Of a stretch of 64,000 nt of DNA, positions 50,670 through 63,150 are shown piece after piece. The stretch is taken from NCBI GenBank assembly GCA_040954595.2, contig CM082585.2, forward strand, positions 3,564,902 to 3,628,901. Direction: 5' to 3'. How positions within the stretch are numbered: position 1 is the first letter of the stretch; every line of letters begins with the position of its first letter. A model generated the notes under the pieces. The model was not told where the DNA came from. It saw nothing but the letters and a program-made list of their open reading frames with translations, and did no database searches. Both the position numbers and the translations under genes were made by a program. The DNA is from Balanoglossus misakiensis (lineage: Eukaryota; Animalia; Hemichordata).

Positions 50670-53060
50670 AGATAGAAAGGGAACTCGCGGTGTCGTTCAT
50701 TAAGCAGGCGTGGTATATAACGCATAGGGATAGGAGAAGGGCGGGCGGAAAGCCGTCGTGTTTCTGAGCTTCTCCGGCGAGACCTCGCACAAATCCCCGC
50801 CGAGTTAGAAAGGGAATTCGCGGTGTCGTTCATTAAGCAGGCGTGGTATATAACGCATAGGGATAGGAGAAGGGCGGGCGGAAAGCGGTCGTGTGTCTGA
50901 GCTTCTCCGGCGAGACCTCGCACAAATCCCCGGCGAGTTAGAAAGGGAACTCGCAGTGTCGTTCATTAAGCAGGCGTGGTATATAACGCATAGGGATAGG
51001 AGAAGGGCGGGCGGAAAGCGGTCGTGTGTCTGAGCTTCTCCGGCGAGACCTCGCACAATTCCCCGACGAGATAGAAAGGGAACTCGCGGTGTCGTTCATT
51101 AAGCAGGCGTGGTATATAACGCATAGGGATAGGAGAAGGGCGGGCGGAAAGCCGTCGTGTGTCTGAGCTTCTCCGGCGAGACCTCGCACAAATCCCCGCC
51201 GAGTTAGAAAGGGAACTCGCGGTGTCGTTCATTAAGCAGGCGTGGTATATAACGCATAGCGATAGGAGAAGGGCGGGCGGAAAGCGGTCGTGTGTCTGAG
51301 CTTCTCCGGCGAGACCTCGCACAAATCCCCGGCGAGTTAGAAAGGGAACTCGCAGTGTCGTTCATTAAGCAGGCGTGGTATATAACGCATAGGGATAGGA
51401 GAAGGGCGGGCGGAAAGCGGTCGTGTGTCTGAGCTTCTCCGGCGAGACCTCGCACAATTCCCCGACGAGATAGAAAGGGAACTCGCGGTGTCGTTCATTA
51501 AGCAGGCGTGGTATATAACGCATAGGGATAGGAGAAGGGCGGGCGGAAAGCCGTCGTGTGTCTGAGCTTCTCCTGCGAGACCTCGCACAAATCCCCGCCG
51601 AGTTAGAAAGGGAACTCGCGGTGTCGTTCATTAAGCAGGCGTGGTATATAACGCATTGGGATAGGAGAAGGGCGGGCGGAGAGCGGTCGTGTGTCTGAGC
51701 TTCTCCGGCGAGACCTCGCACAAATCCCCGGCGAGTTAGAAAGGGAACTCGCAGTGTCGTTCATCAAGCAGGCGTGGTATATAACGCATAGGGATAGGAG
51801 AAGGGCGGGCGGAAAGCGGTCGTGTGTCTGAGCTTCTCCGGCGAGACCTCGCACAAATCCCCGACGAGATAGAAAGGGAACTCGCGGTGTCGTTCATTAA
51901 GCAGGCGTGGTATATAACGCATAGGGATAGGAGAAGGGCGGGCGGAAAGCCGTCGTGTTTCTGAGCTTCTCCGGCGAGACCTCGCACAAATCCCCGCCGA
52001 GTTAGAAAGGGAATTCGCGGTGTCGTTCATTAAGCAGGCGTGGTATATAACGCATAGGGATAGGAGAAGGGCGGGCGGAAAGCGGTCGTGTGTCTGAGCT
52101 TCTCCGGCGAGACCTCGCACAAATCCCCGGCGAGTTAGAAAGGGAACTCGCAGTGTCGTTCATTAAGCAGGCGTGGTATATAACGCATAGGGATAGGAGA
52201 AGGGCGGGCGGAAAGCGGTCGTGTGTCTGAGCTTCTCCGGCGAGACCTCGCACAATTCCCCGACGAGATAGAAAGGGAACTCGCGGTGTCGTTCATTAAG
52301 CAGGCGTGGTATATAACGCATAGGGATAGGAGAAGGGCGGGCGGAAAGCCGTCGTGTGTCTGAGCTTCTCCGGCGAGACCTCGCACAAATCCCCGCCGAG
52401 TTAGAAAGGGAACTCGCGGTGTCGTTCATTAAGCAGGCGTGGTATATAACGCATAGCGATAGGAGAAGGGCGGGCGGAAAGCGGTCGTGTGTCTGAGCTT
52501 CTCCGGCGAGACCTCGCACAAATCCCCGGCGAGTTAGAAAGGGAACTCGCAGTGTCGTTCATTAAGCAGGCGTGGTATATAACGCATAGGGATAGGAGAA
52601 GGGCGGGCGGAAAGCGGTCGTGTGTCTGAGCTTCTCCGGCGAGACCTCGCACAATTCCCCGACGAGATAGAAAGGGAACTCGCGGTGTCGTTCATTAAGC
52701 AGGCGTGGTATATAACGCATAGGGATAGGAGAAGGGCGGGCGGAAAGCCGTCGTGTGTCTGAGCTTCTCCTGCGAGACCTCGCACAAATCCCCGCCGAGT
52801 TAGAAAGGGAACTCGCGGTGTCGTTCATTAAGCAGGCGTGGTATATAACGCATTGGGATAGGAGAAGGGCGGGCGGAGAGCGGTCGTGTGTCTGAGCTTC
52901 TCCGGCGAGACCTCGCACAAATCCCCGGCGAGTTAGAAAGGGAACTCGCAGTGTCGTTCATCAAGCAGGCGTGGTATATAACGCATAGGGATAGGAGAAG
53001 GGCGGGCGGAAAGCGGTCGTGTGTCTGAGCTTCTCCGGCGAGACCTCGCACAAATCCCCG
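50670..53060 (+). repeat. Tandem duplication, 1197 bp (9 monomers, three trimers)
   Basis: Matching monomers at 50567/51764, 51204/52401 and 51365/52562. Markers are GTGTTTCTG, CATAGCGAT, CTCCTGCG and CATTGGG. Confidence 0.88.
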
Positions 53061-54387
53061 ACGAGTTAGAAAGGGAACTCGTGGTGTCGTTCATTAAACA
53101 GGCGTGGTATATAACGCATAGGGATAGGAGAAGGGCGGGCGGAAAGCGGTCGTGTGTCTGAGCTTCTCCGGCGAGACCTCGCACAAATCCCCGGCGAGTT
53201 AGAAAGGGAACTCGCAGTGTCGTTCATTAAGCAGGCGTGGTATATAACGCATAGGGATAGGAGAAGGGCGGGCGGAAAGCGGTCGTGTGTCTGAGCTTCT
53301 CCGGCGAGACCTCGCACAAATCCCCGACGAGTTAGAAAGGGAACTCGTGGTGTCGTTCATTAAACAGGCGTGGTATATAACGCATAGGGATAGGAGAAGG
53401 GCGGGCGGAAAGCGGTCGTGTGTCTGAGCTTCTCCGGCGAGACCTCGCACAAATCCCCGACGAGTTAGAAAGGGAACTCGTGGTGTCGTTCATTAAACAG
53501 GCGTGGTATATAACGCATAGGGATAGGAGAAGGCCGGGCGGAAAGCGGTCGTGTGTCTGAGCTTCCCCGGCGAGACCTCGCACAAATCCCCGACGAGTTA
53601 GAAAGGGAACTCGTGGTGTCGTTCATTAAACAGGCGTGGTATATAACGCATAGGGATAGGAGAAGGGCGGGCGGAAAGCGGTCGTGTGTCTGAGCTACCC
53701 CGGCGAGACCTCGCACAAATCACGCCGAGTTAGAAAGGGAACTCGTGGTGTCGTTCATTAAACAGGCGTGGTATATAACGCATAGGGATAGGAGAAGGGC
53801 GGGCGGATAGCCGTCGTGTGCCTGAGCTTCCCCGGCGAGACCACGCACAAATCCCCGCCGAGTTAGAAAGGGAACTCTCAGTGTCGTTCATTAAGCGGGC
53901 GTGGTATATAACGCATAGGGATAGGAGAAGGGCGGGCGGAAAGTGGTCGTGTGTCTGAGCTTCTCCGGCGAGACCTCGCACAAATCCCCGACGAGTTAGA
54001 AAGAGAACTCGCAGTGTCGTTCATTAAGCAGGCGTGGTATATAACGAATAGGGATAGGAGAAGGGCGGGCGAAAAGCGGTCGTGTGTCTGAGCTTCTCCG
54101 GCGAGACCTCGCACAAATCCCCGGCGAGTTAGAAAGGGAACTCGCGGTGTCGTTCATTAAACAGGCGTGGTATATAACGCATAGCATATAGGGATAGGAG
54201 AAGGGCGGGCGGAAAGCGGTCGTGTGTCTGAGCTTCCCCGGCGAGACCTCGCACAAATCCCCGACGAGTTAGAAAGGGAACTCGCTGTGTCGTTCATTAA
54301 GCAGGCGTGGTATATAACGCATAGGGATAGGAGAATGGCGGAAAGCGGTCGTGTGTCTGAGCTTCCCCGGCGAGACCTCGCACAAAT

Positions 54388-54821
54388 GAACGACACCGCG
54401 AGTTCCCTTTCTAACTCGGCGGGGATTTGTGCGAGGTCTCGCCGGAGAAGCTCAGACACACGACCGCTTTCCGCCCGCCCTTCTCCTATCCCTATGCGTT
54501 ATATACCACGCCTGTTTAATGAAAGACACCACGAGTTCCCTTTCTAACTCGGCGTGATTTGTGCGAGGTCTCGCCGGGGTAGCTCAGACACACGACCGCT
54601 TTCCGCCCGCCCTTCTCCTATCCCTATGCGTTATATACCACGCCTGTTTAATGAACGACACCACGAGTTCCCTTTCTAACTCGTCGGGGATTTGTGCGAG
54701 GTCTCGCCGGAGAAGCTCAGACACACGACCGCTTTCCGCCCGCCCTTCTCCTATCCCTAAGCGTTATATACCACGCCTGTTTAATGAACGACACCACGAG
54801 TTCCCTTTCTAACTTGTCGGG
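54388..54821 (-). repeat. Inverted satellite segment, copy 4
   Basis: Same junctions and variants. Confidence 0.98.
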
Positions 54822-56246
54822 CATTAAGCAGGCGTGGTATATAACGCATAGGGATAGGAGAAGGGCGGGCGGAAAGCGGTCGTGTGTCTCAGCTACCCCG
54901 GCGAGACCTCGCACAAATCCCCGCCGAGTTAGAAAGGGAACTCGCGGTGTCGTTCATCAAGCAGGCGTGGTATATAACGCATAGGGATAGGAGAAGGGCG
55001 GGCGGAAAGCGGTCGTGTGTCTGAGCTTCTCCGGCGAGACCTCGCACAAATCCCCGACGAGTTAGAAAGGGAACTCGTGGTGTCGTTCATTAAACAGGCG
55101 TGGTATATAACGCATAGGGATAGGAGAAGGGCGGGCGGAAAGCGGTCGTGTGTCTGAGCTTCCCCGGCGAGACCTCGCACAAATTCCCGACGAGTTAGAA
55201 AGGGAACTCGAGGTGTCGTTCATTAAGCAGGCGTGGTATATAACGCATATGGATAGGAGAATGGCGGAAAGCGGTCGTGTGTCTGAGCTTCCCCGGCGAG
55301 ACCTCGCACAAATCCCCGACAAGTTAGAAAGGGAACTCGCAGTGTCGTTCATTAAGCAGGCGTGGAATATAACGCATAGGGATAGGAGAAGGGCGGGCGG
55401 AAAGCCGTCGTGTGTCTGAGCTTCTCCGGCGAGACCTCGCACAAATCCCCGACGAGTTAGAAAGGGAACTCGTGGTGTCGTTCATTAAACAGGCGTGGTA
55501 TATAACGCATAGGGATAGGAGAAGGGCGGGCGGAAAGCGGTCGTGTGTCTGAGCTACCCCGGCGAGACCTCGCACAAATCACGCCGAGTTAGAAAGGGAA
55601 CTCGTGGTGTCGTTCATTAAACAGGCGTGGTATATAACGCATAGGGATAGGAGAAGGGCGGGCGGATAGCCGTCGTGTGCCTGAGCTTCCCCGGCGAGAC
55701 CACGCACAAATCCCCGCCGAGTTAGAAAGGGAACTCTCAGTGTCGTTCATTAAGCGGGCGTGGTATATAACGCATAGGGATAGGAGAAGGGCGGGCGGAA
55801 AGTGGTCGTGTGTCTGAGCTTCTCCGGCGAGACCTCGCACAAATCCCCGACGAGTTAGAAAGAGAACTCGCAGTGTCGTTCATTAAGCAGGCGTGGTATA
55901 TAACGAATAGGGATAGGAGAAGGGCGGGCGAAAAGCGGTCGTGTGTCTGAGCTTCTCCGGCGAGACCTCGCACAAATCCCCGGCGAGTTAGAAAGGGAAC
56001 TCGCGGTGTCGTTCATTAAACAGGCGTGGTATATAACGCATAGCATATAGGGATAGGAGAAGGGCGGGCGGAAAGCGGTCGTGTGTCTGAGCTTCCCCGG
56101 CGAGACCTCGCACAAATCCCCGACGAGTTAGAAAGGGAACTCGCTGTGTCGTTCATTAAGCAGGCGTGGTATATAACGCATAGGGATAGGAGAATGGCGG
56201 AAAGCGGTCGTGTGTCTGAGCTTCCCCGGCGAGACCTCGCACAAAT

Positions 56247-56680
56247 GAACGACACCGCGAGTTCCCTTTCTAACTCGGCGGGGATTTGTGCGAGGTCTCG
56301 CCGGAGAAGCTCAGACACACGACCGCTTTCCGCCCGCCCTTCTCCTATCCCTATGCGTTATATACCACGCCTGTTTAATGAAAGACACCACGAGTTCCCT
56401 TTCTAACTCGGCGTGATTTGTGCGAGGTCTCGCCGGGGTAGCTCAGACACACGACCGCTTTCCGCCCGCCCTTCTCCTATCCCTATGCGTTATATACCAC
56501 GCCTGTTTAATGAACGACACCACGAGTTCCCTTTCTAACTCGTCGGGGATTTGTGCGAGGTCTCGCCGGAGAAGCTCAGACACACGACCGCTTTCCGCCC
56601 GCCCTTCTCCTATCCCTAAGCGTTATATACCACGCCTGTTTAATGAACGACACCACGAGTTCCCTTTCTAACTTGTCGGG
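56247..56680 (-). repeat. Inverted satellite segment, copy 5
   Basis: Same junctions and variants; 1859 bp after copy 4. Confidence 0.98.
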
Positions 56681-59446
56681 CATTAAGCAGGCGTGGTATA
56701 TAACGCATAGGGATAGGAGAAGGGCGGGCGGAAAGCGGTCGTGTGTCTCAGCTACCCCGGCGAGACCTCGCACAAATCCCCGCCGAGTTAGAAAGGGAAC
56801 TCGCGGTGTCGTTCATCAAGCAGGCGTGGTATATAACGCATAGGGATAGGAGAAGGGCGGGCGGAAAGCGGTCGTGTGTCTGAGCTTCTCCGGCGAGACC
56901 TCGCACAAATCCCCGACGAGTTAGAAAGGGAACTCGTGGTGTCGTTCATTAAACAGGCGTGGTATATAACGCATAGGGATAGGAGAAGGGCGGGCGGAAA
57001 GCGGTCGTGTGTCTGAGCTTCCCCGGCGAGACCTCGCACAAATTCCCGACGAGTTAGAAAGGGAACTCGAGGTGTCGTTCATTAAGCAGGCGTGGTATAT
57101 AACGCATATGGATAGGAGAATGGCGGAAAGCGGTCGTGTGTCTGAGCTTCCCCGGCGAGACCTCGCACAAATCCCCGACAAGTTAGAAAGGGAACTCGCA
57201 GTGTCGTTCATTAAGCAGGCGTGGAATATAACGCATAGGGATAGGAGAAGGGCGGGCGGAAACGGTCGTGTGTCTGAGCTTCTCCGGCGAGACCTCGCAC
57301 AAATCCCCGCCGAGTTAGAAAGGGAACTCGCGGTGTCGTTCATTAATCAGGCGTGGTATATAACGCATAGGGATAGGAGAAGGGCGGGCGGAAAGCGGTC
57401 GTGTGTCTGAGCTTCTCCGGCGAGACCTCGCACAAATCCCCGGCCAGTTAAAAAGGGAACTCGCAGTGTCGTTCATTAAGCAGGCGTGGTATATAACGCA
57501 TAGGGATAGGAGAAGGGCGGGCGGAAAGCCGTCGTGTGTCTGAGCTTCTCCGGCGAGACCTCGCACAAATCCCCGGCGAGTTAGAAAGGGAACTCGCAGT
57601 GTCGTTCATTAAGCAGGCGTGGTATATAACGCATAGGGATAGGAGAAGGGCGGGCGGAAAGCGGTCGTGTGTCTGAGCTTCTCCGGCGAGACCTCGCACA
57701 AATCCCCGACGAGTTAGAAAGGGAACTCGTGGTGTCGTTCATTAAACAGGCGTGGTATATAACGCATAGCATATAGGGATAGGAGAAGGGCGGGCGGAAA
57801 GCGGTCGTGTGTCTGAGCTTCCCCGGCGAGACCTCGCACAAATCCCCGACGAGTTAGAAAGGGAACTCGCTGTGTCGTTCATTAAGCAGGCGTGGTATAT
57901 AACGCATAGGGATAGGAGAATGGCGGAAAGCGGTCGTGTGTCTGAGCTTCCCCGGCGAGACCTCGCACAAATCCCCGACAAGTTAGAAAGGGAACTCGTG
58001 GTGTCGTTCATTAAACAGGCGTGGTATATAACGCTTAGGGATAGGAGAAGGGCGGGCGGAAAGCGGTCGTGTGTCTGAGCTTCCCCGGCGAGACCACGCA
58101 CAAATCCCCGCCGAGTTAGAAAGGGAACTCGTGGTGTCTTCATTAAGCAGGCGTGGTATATAACGCATAGGGATATGAGAAGGGCGGGCGGAAAGCGGTC
58201 GTGTGTCTGAGCTTCTCCGGCGAGACCTCGCACAAATCCCCGCCGAGTTAGAAAGGGAACTCGCGGTGTCGTTCATTAAGCAGGCGTGGTATATAACGCA
58301 TAGGGATAGGAGAAGGGCGGGCGGAAAGCGGTCGTGTGTCTGAGCTACCCCGGCGAGACCTCGCACAAATCCCCGCCGAGTTAGAAAGGGAACTCGCGGT
58401 GTCGTTCATCAAGCAGGCGTGGTATATAACGCATAGGGATAGGAGAAGGGCGGGCGGAAAGCGGTCGTGTGTCTGAGCTTCTCCGGCGAGACCTCGCACA
58501 AATCCCCGACGAGTTAGAAAGGGAACTCGTGGTGTCGTTCATTAAACAGGCGTGGTATATAACGCATAGCATATAGGGATAGGAGAAGGGCGGGCGGAAA
58601 GCGGTCGTGTGTCTGAGCTTCCCCGGCGAGACCTCGCACAAATCCCCGACGAGTTAGAAAGGGAACTCGCTGTGTCGTTCATTAAGCAGGCGTGGTATAT
58701 AACGCATAGGGATAGGAGAATGGCGGAAAGCGGTCGTGTGTCTGAGCTTCCCCGGCGAGACCTCGCACAAATCCCCGACAAGTTAGAAAGGGAATTCGTG
58801 GTGTCGTTCATTAAACAGGCGTGGTATATAACGCTTAGGGATAGGAGAAGGGCGGGCGGAAAGCGGTCGTGTGTCTGAGCTTCTCCGGCGAGACCTCGCA
58901 CAAATCCCCGACGAGTTAGAAAGGGAACTCGTGGTGTCATTCATTAAACAGGCGTGGTATATAACGCATAGGGATAGGAGAAGGGCGGGCGGAAAGCGGT
59001 CGTGTGTCTGAGCTACCCCGGCGAGACCTCGCACAAATCACGCCGAGTTAGAAAGGGAACTCGTGGTGTCTTTCATTAAACAGGCGTGGTATATAACGCA
59101 TAGGGATAGGAGAAGGGCGGGCGGAAAGCGGTCGTGTGTCTGAGCTTCTCCGGCGAGACCTCGCACAAATCCCCACCGAGTTAGAAAGGGAACTCGCGGT
59201 GTCGTTCATTAAGCAGGCGTGGTATATAACGCATAGGGATAGGAGAAGGGCGGGCGGAAAGCGGTCGTGTGTCTGAGCTACCCCGGCGAGACCTCGCACA
59301 AATCCCCGCCGAGTTAGAAAGGGAACTCGCGGTGTCGTTCATCAAGCAGGCGTGGTATATAACGCATAGGGATAGGAGAAGGGCGGGCGGAAAGCGGTCG
59401 TGTGTCTGAGCTTCTCCGGCGAGACCTCGCACAAATCCCCGGCGAG

Positions 59447-62400
59447 TTAGAAAGGGAACTCGCGGTGTCGTTCATTAAGCAGGCGTGGTATATAACGCAT
59501 AGGGATAGGAGAAGGGCGGGCGGAAAGCGGTCGTGTGTCTGAGCTACCCCGGCGAGACCTCGCACAAATCCCCGCCGAGTTAGAAAGGGAACTCGCGGTG
59601 TCGTTCATCAAGCAGGCGTGGTATATAACGCATAGGGATAGGAGAAGGGCGGGCGGAAAGCGGTCGTGTGTCTGAGCTTCTCCGGCGAGACCTCGCACAA
59701 ATCCCCGGCGAGTTAGAAAGGGAACTCGCGGTGTCGTTCATTAAGCAGGCGTGGTATATAACGCATAGGGATAGGAGAAGGGCGGGCGGAAAGCGGTCGT
59801 GTGTCTGAGCTTCTCCGGCGAGACCTCGCACAAATCCCCGACGAGTTAGAAAGGGAACTCGTGGTGTCGTTCATTAAACAGGCGTGGTATATAACGCATA
59901 GGGATAGGAGAAGGGCGGGCGGAAAGCGGTCGTGTGTCTGAGCTTCTCCGGCGAGACCTCGCACAAATCCCCGCCGAGTTAGAAAGGGAACTCGCGGTGT
60001 CGTTCATTAAGCAGGCGTGGTATATAACGCATAGGGATAGGAGAAGGGCGGGCGGAAAGCGGTCGTGTGTCTGAGCTACCCCGGCGAGACCTCGCACAAA
60101 TCCCCGCCAAGTTAGAAAGGGAACTCACGGTGTCGTTCATCAAGCAGGCGTGGTATATAACGCATAGGGATAGGAGAAGGACGGGCGGAAAGCGGTCGTG
60201 TGTCTGAGCTTCTCCGGCGAGACCTCGCACAAATCCCCGCCGAGTTAGAAAGGGAACTCGCGGTGTCGTTCATTAAGCAGGCGTGGTATATAACGCATAG
60301 GGATAGGAGAAGGGCGGGCGGAAAGCGGTCGTGTGTCTGAGCTACCCCGGCGAGACCTCGCACAAATCCCCGCCGAGTTAGAAAGGGAACTCGCGGTGTC
60401 GTTCATCAAGCAGGCGTGGTATATAACGCATAGGGATAGGAGAAGGGCGGGCGGAAAGCGGTCGTGTGTCTGAGCTTCTCCGGCGAAACCTCGCACAAAT
60501 CCCCGACGAGTTAGAAAGGGAACTCGTGGTGTCGTTCATTAAACAGGCGTGGTATATAACGCATAGGGATAGGAGAAGGGCGGGCGGAAAGCGGTCGTGT
60601 GTCTGAGCTTCCCCGGCGAGACCTCGCACAAATCCCCGACGAGTTAGAAAGGGAACTCGAGGTGTCGTTCATTAAGCAGGCGTGGTATATAACGCATATG
60701 GATAGGAGAATGGCGGAAAGCGGTCGTGTGTCTGAGCTTCCTCGGCGAGACCTCGCACAAATCCCCGACAAGTTAGAAAGGGAACTCGCAGTGTCGTTCA
60801 TTAAGCAGGCGTGGAATATAACGCATAGGGATAGGAGAAGGGCGGGCGGAAACGGTCGTGTGTCTGAGCTTCTCCGGCGAGACCTCGCACAAATCCCCGG
60901 CGAGTTAGAAAGGGAACTCGCGGTGTCGTTCATTAAGCAGGCGTGGTATATAACGCATAGGGATAGGAGAAGGGCGGGCGGAAAGCGGTCGTGTGTCTGA
61001 GCTACCCCGGCGAGACCTCGCACAAATCCCCGCCGAGTTAGAAAGGGAACTCGCGGTGTCGTTCATCAAGCAGGCGTGGTATATAACGCATAGGGATAGG
61101 AGAAGGGCGGGCGGAAAGCGGTCGTGTGTCTGAGCTTCTCCGGCGAGACCTCGCACAAATCCCCGGCGAGTTAGAAAGGGAACTCGCGGTGTCGTTCATT
61201 AAGCAGGCGTGGTATATAACGCATAGGGATAGGAGAAGGGCGGGCGGAAAGCGGTCGTGTGTCTGAGCTTCTCCGGCGAGACCTCGCACAAATCCCCGAC
61301 GAGTTAGAAAGGGAACTCGTGGTGTCGTTCATTAAACAGGCGTGGTATATAACGCATAGGGATAGGAGAAGGGCGGGCGGAAAGCGGTCGTGTGTCTGAG
61401 CTTCCCCGGCGAGACCTCGCACAAATCCCCGACGAGTTAGAAAGGGAACTCGAGGTGTCGTTCATTAAGCAGGCGTGGTATATAACGCATATGGATAGGA
61501 GAATGGCGGAAAGCGGTCGTGTGTCTGAGCTTCCTCGGCGAGACCTCGCACAAATCCCCGACAAGTTAGAAAGGGAACTCGCAGTGTCGTTCATTAAGCA
61601 GGCGTGGAATATAACGCATAGGGATAGGAGAAGGGCGGGCGGAAACGGTCGTGTGTCTGAGCTTCTCCGGCGAGACCTCGCACAAATCCCCGGCGAGTTA
61701 GAAAGGGAACTCGCGGTGTCGTTCATTAAGCAGGCGTGGTATATAACGCATAGGGATAGGAGAAGGGCGGGCGGAAAGCGGTCGTGTGTCTGAGCTACCC
61801 CGGCGAGACCTCGCACAAATCCCCGCCGAGTTAGAAAGGGAACTCGCGGTGTCGTTCATCAAGCAGGCGTGGTATATAACGCATAGGGATAGGAGAAGGG
61901 CGGGCGGAAAGCGGTCGTGTGTCTGAGCTTCTCCGGCGAGACCTCGCACAAATCCCCGGCGAGTTAGAAAGGGAACTCGCGGTGTCGTTCATTAAGCAGG
62001 CGTGGTATATAACGCATAGGGATAGGAGAAGGGCGGGCGGAAAGCGGTCGTGTGTCTGAGCTTCTCCGGCGAGACCTCGCACAAATCCCCGACGAGTTAG
62101 AAAGGGAACTCGTGGTGTCGTTCATTAAACAGGCGTGGTATATAACGCATAGGGATAGGAGAAGGGCGGGCGGAAAGCGGTCGTGTGTCTGAGCTTCTCC
62201 GGCGAGACCTCGCACAAATCCCCGCCGAGTTAGAAAGGGAACTCGCGGTGTCGTTCATTAAGCAGGCGTGGTATATAACGCATAGGGATAGGAGAAGGGC
62301 GGGCGGAAAGCGGTCGTGTGTCTGAGCTACCCCGGCGAGACCTCGCACAAATCCCCGCCAAGTTAGAAAGGGAACTCACGGTGTCGTTCATCAAGCAGGC

Positions 62401-63150
62401 GTGGTATATAACGCATAGGGATAGGAGAAGGACGGGCGGAAAGCGGTCGTGTGTCTGAGCTTCTCCGGCGAGACCTCGCACAAATCCCCGCCGAGTTAGA
62501 AAGGGAACTCGCGGTGTCGTTCATTAAGCAGGCGTGGTATATAACGCATAGGGATAGGAGAAGGGCGGGCGGAAAGCGGTCGTGTGTCTGAGCTACCCCG
62601 GCGAGACCTCGCACAAATCCCCGCCGAGTTAGAAAGGGAACTCGCGGTGTCGTTCATCAAGCAGGCGTGGTATATAACGCATAGGGATAGGAGAAGGGCG
62701 GGCGGAAAGCGGTCGTGTGTCTGAGCTTCTCCGGCGAAACCTCGCACAAATCCCCGACGAGTTAGAAAGGGAACTCGTGGTGTCGTTCATTAAACAGGCG
62801 TGGTATATAACGCATAGGGATAGGAGAAGGGCGGGCGGAAAGCGGTCGTGTGTCTGAGCTTCCCCGGCGAGACCTCGCACAAATCCCCGACGAGTTAGAA
62901 AGGGAACTCGAGGTGTCGTTCATTAAGCAGGCGTGGTATATAACGCATATGGATAGGAGAATGGCGGAAAGCGGTCGTGTGTCTGAGCTTCCTCGGCGAG
63001 ACCTCGCACAAATCCCCGACAAGTTAGAAAGGGAACTCGCAGTGTCGTTCATTAAGCAGGCGTGGAATATAACGCATAGGGATAGGAGAAGGGCGGGCGG
63101 AAACGGTCGTGTGTCTGAGCTTCTCCGGCGAGACCTCGCACAAATCCCCG
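59447..63150 (+). repeat. Nested 793-bp and 2251-bp duplications
   Basis: Offset 793 at 60511/61304 and 60905/61698. Offset 2251 at 59979/62230, 60245/62496 and 60511/62762. The SNP CCGCCAAGTT is seen only near 60109 and 62360. Confidence 0.85.

Larger units (their letters stand above)
53590..57260 (+). repeat. Tandem duplication, 1859 bp (14 monomers), containing inversion copies 4 and 5
   Basis: Matching monomers at 53730/55589, 54224/56083 and 55062/56921. Confidence 0.9.
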
